Source: Candidatus Saccharimonadota bacterium
Lineage (GTDB): Bacteria > Patescibacteriota > Saccharimonadia > Saccharimonadales > Saccharimonadaceae
NCBI RefSeq assembly: GCF_025273655.1
Contig: NZ_CP045921.1
Location: 420,001-452,000, forward strand
Direction of reading: 5' to 3'
Length of the DNA stretch: 32,000 bases
Shown piece by piece: positions 31,978 through 32,000 of this stretch. Both the position numbers and the translations under genes were made by a program. The number at the start of each line of letters is the position of its first letter. Within the stretch, counting starts at the first letter, position 1. The notes under the pieces are model-generated. The model made no database searches. It had not been told where the DNA came from and saw only the letters and a list, made by a program, of their open reading frames with translations.

Positions 31978-32000
31978 CGCTCCGACCATGCGTCGGAGCG
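31978..32000 (+). terminator. Hairpin at the window edge (probable terminator)
   Basis: CGCTCCGAC-catgc-GTCGGAGCG is a 9-bp perfect stem. The downstream U-run cannot be seen because the window ends. Confidence 0.4.

Noticed and set aside
1-32000. CRISPR arrays, IS elements, integrases, prophage genes, rRNA
   Set aside because: Reading all intergenic regions larger than 40 nt, I found no spaced direct repeats, no terminal inverted repeats flanking an ORF, and no transposase-, integrase-, Cas- or phage-like ORFs in the six-frame track.

Overview
This is a gene-dense bacterial chromosomal window, roughly 90% coding by eye, with about 31 protein-coding genes and 2 tRNAs. I found no rRNA, CRISPR array, transposase or integrase.

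**Content.** Most genes are housekeeping or cell-envelope functions:
- gltX, smpB, xth, pyrH and msrA
- an ABC-F ATPase
- an RRM RNA-binding protein next to a DEAD-box helicase
- a histidine kinase with a receiver-only response regulator
- sortase, PEGA and DUF3048 surface proteins
- two tandem GT2 glycosyltransferases and two alpha/beta hydrolases
- a frameshifted cfa
- several membrane or hypothetical ORFs

The compactness and gene content resemble a small-genome Gram-positive-type or Patescibacteria (Saccharibacteria-like) organism. That placement is inference only.

**Most notable observations.**
1. The left edge carries the N-terminus of a type I R-M methylase (hsdM). It is missing from the ORF track because it runs off the window. 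Upstream of it lie an orphan acidic 260-aa ORF and a hairpin-dense ~200-nt spacer, all directly downstream of the 3' end of tRNA-Glu. This may be the end of a defence island.
2. At least nine housekeeping genes have a TATAAT/TATACT box only 6-9 nt upstream of the start codon, which implies leaderless mRNAs. A minority of small or hypothetical ORFs are instead self-contained cassettes with a near-consensus sigma70 promoter, a leader, a strong SD and a terminator.
3. One of those cassettes encodes a cutinase/PE-PPE-like serine esterase (GYSQGA).
4. A PD-(D/E)xK-like ORF abuts tRNA-Leu.
5. cfa is broken by a 1-nt frameshift inside a putative lipid/envelope-remodelling cluster.
6. There is an orphan classical AAA ATPase with an unassignable N-terminal domain.

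I could not identify a clearly novel multi-gene system. The candidates are ranked in the findings with modest scores.
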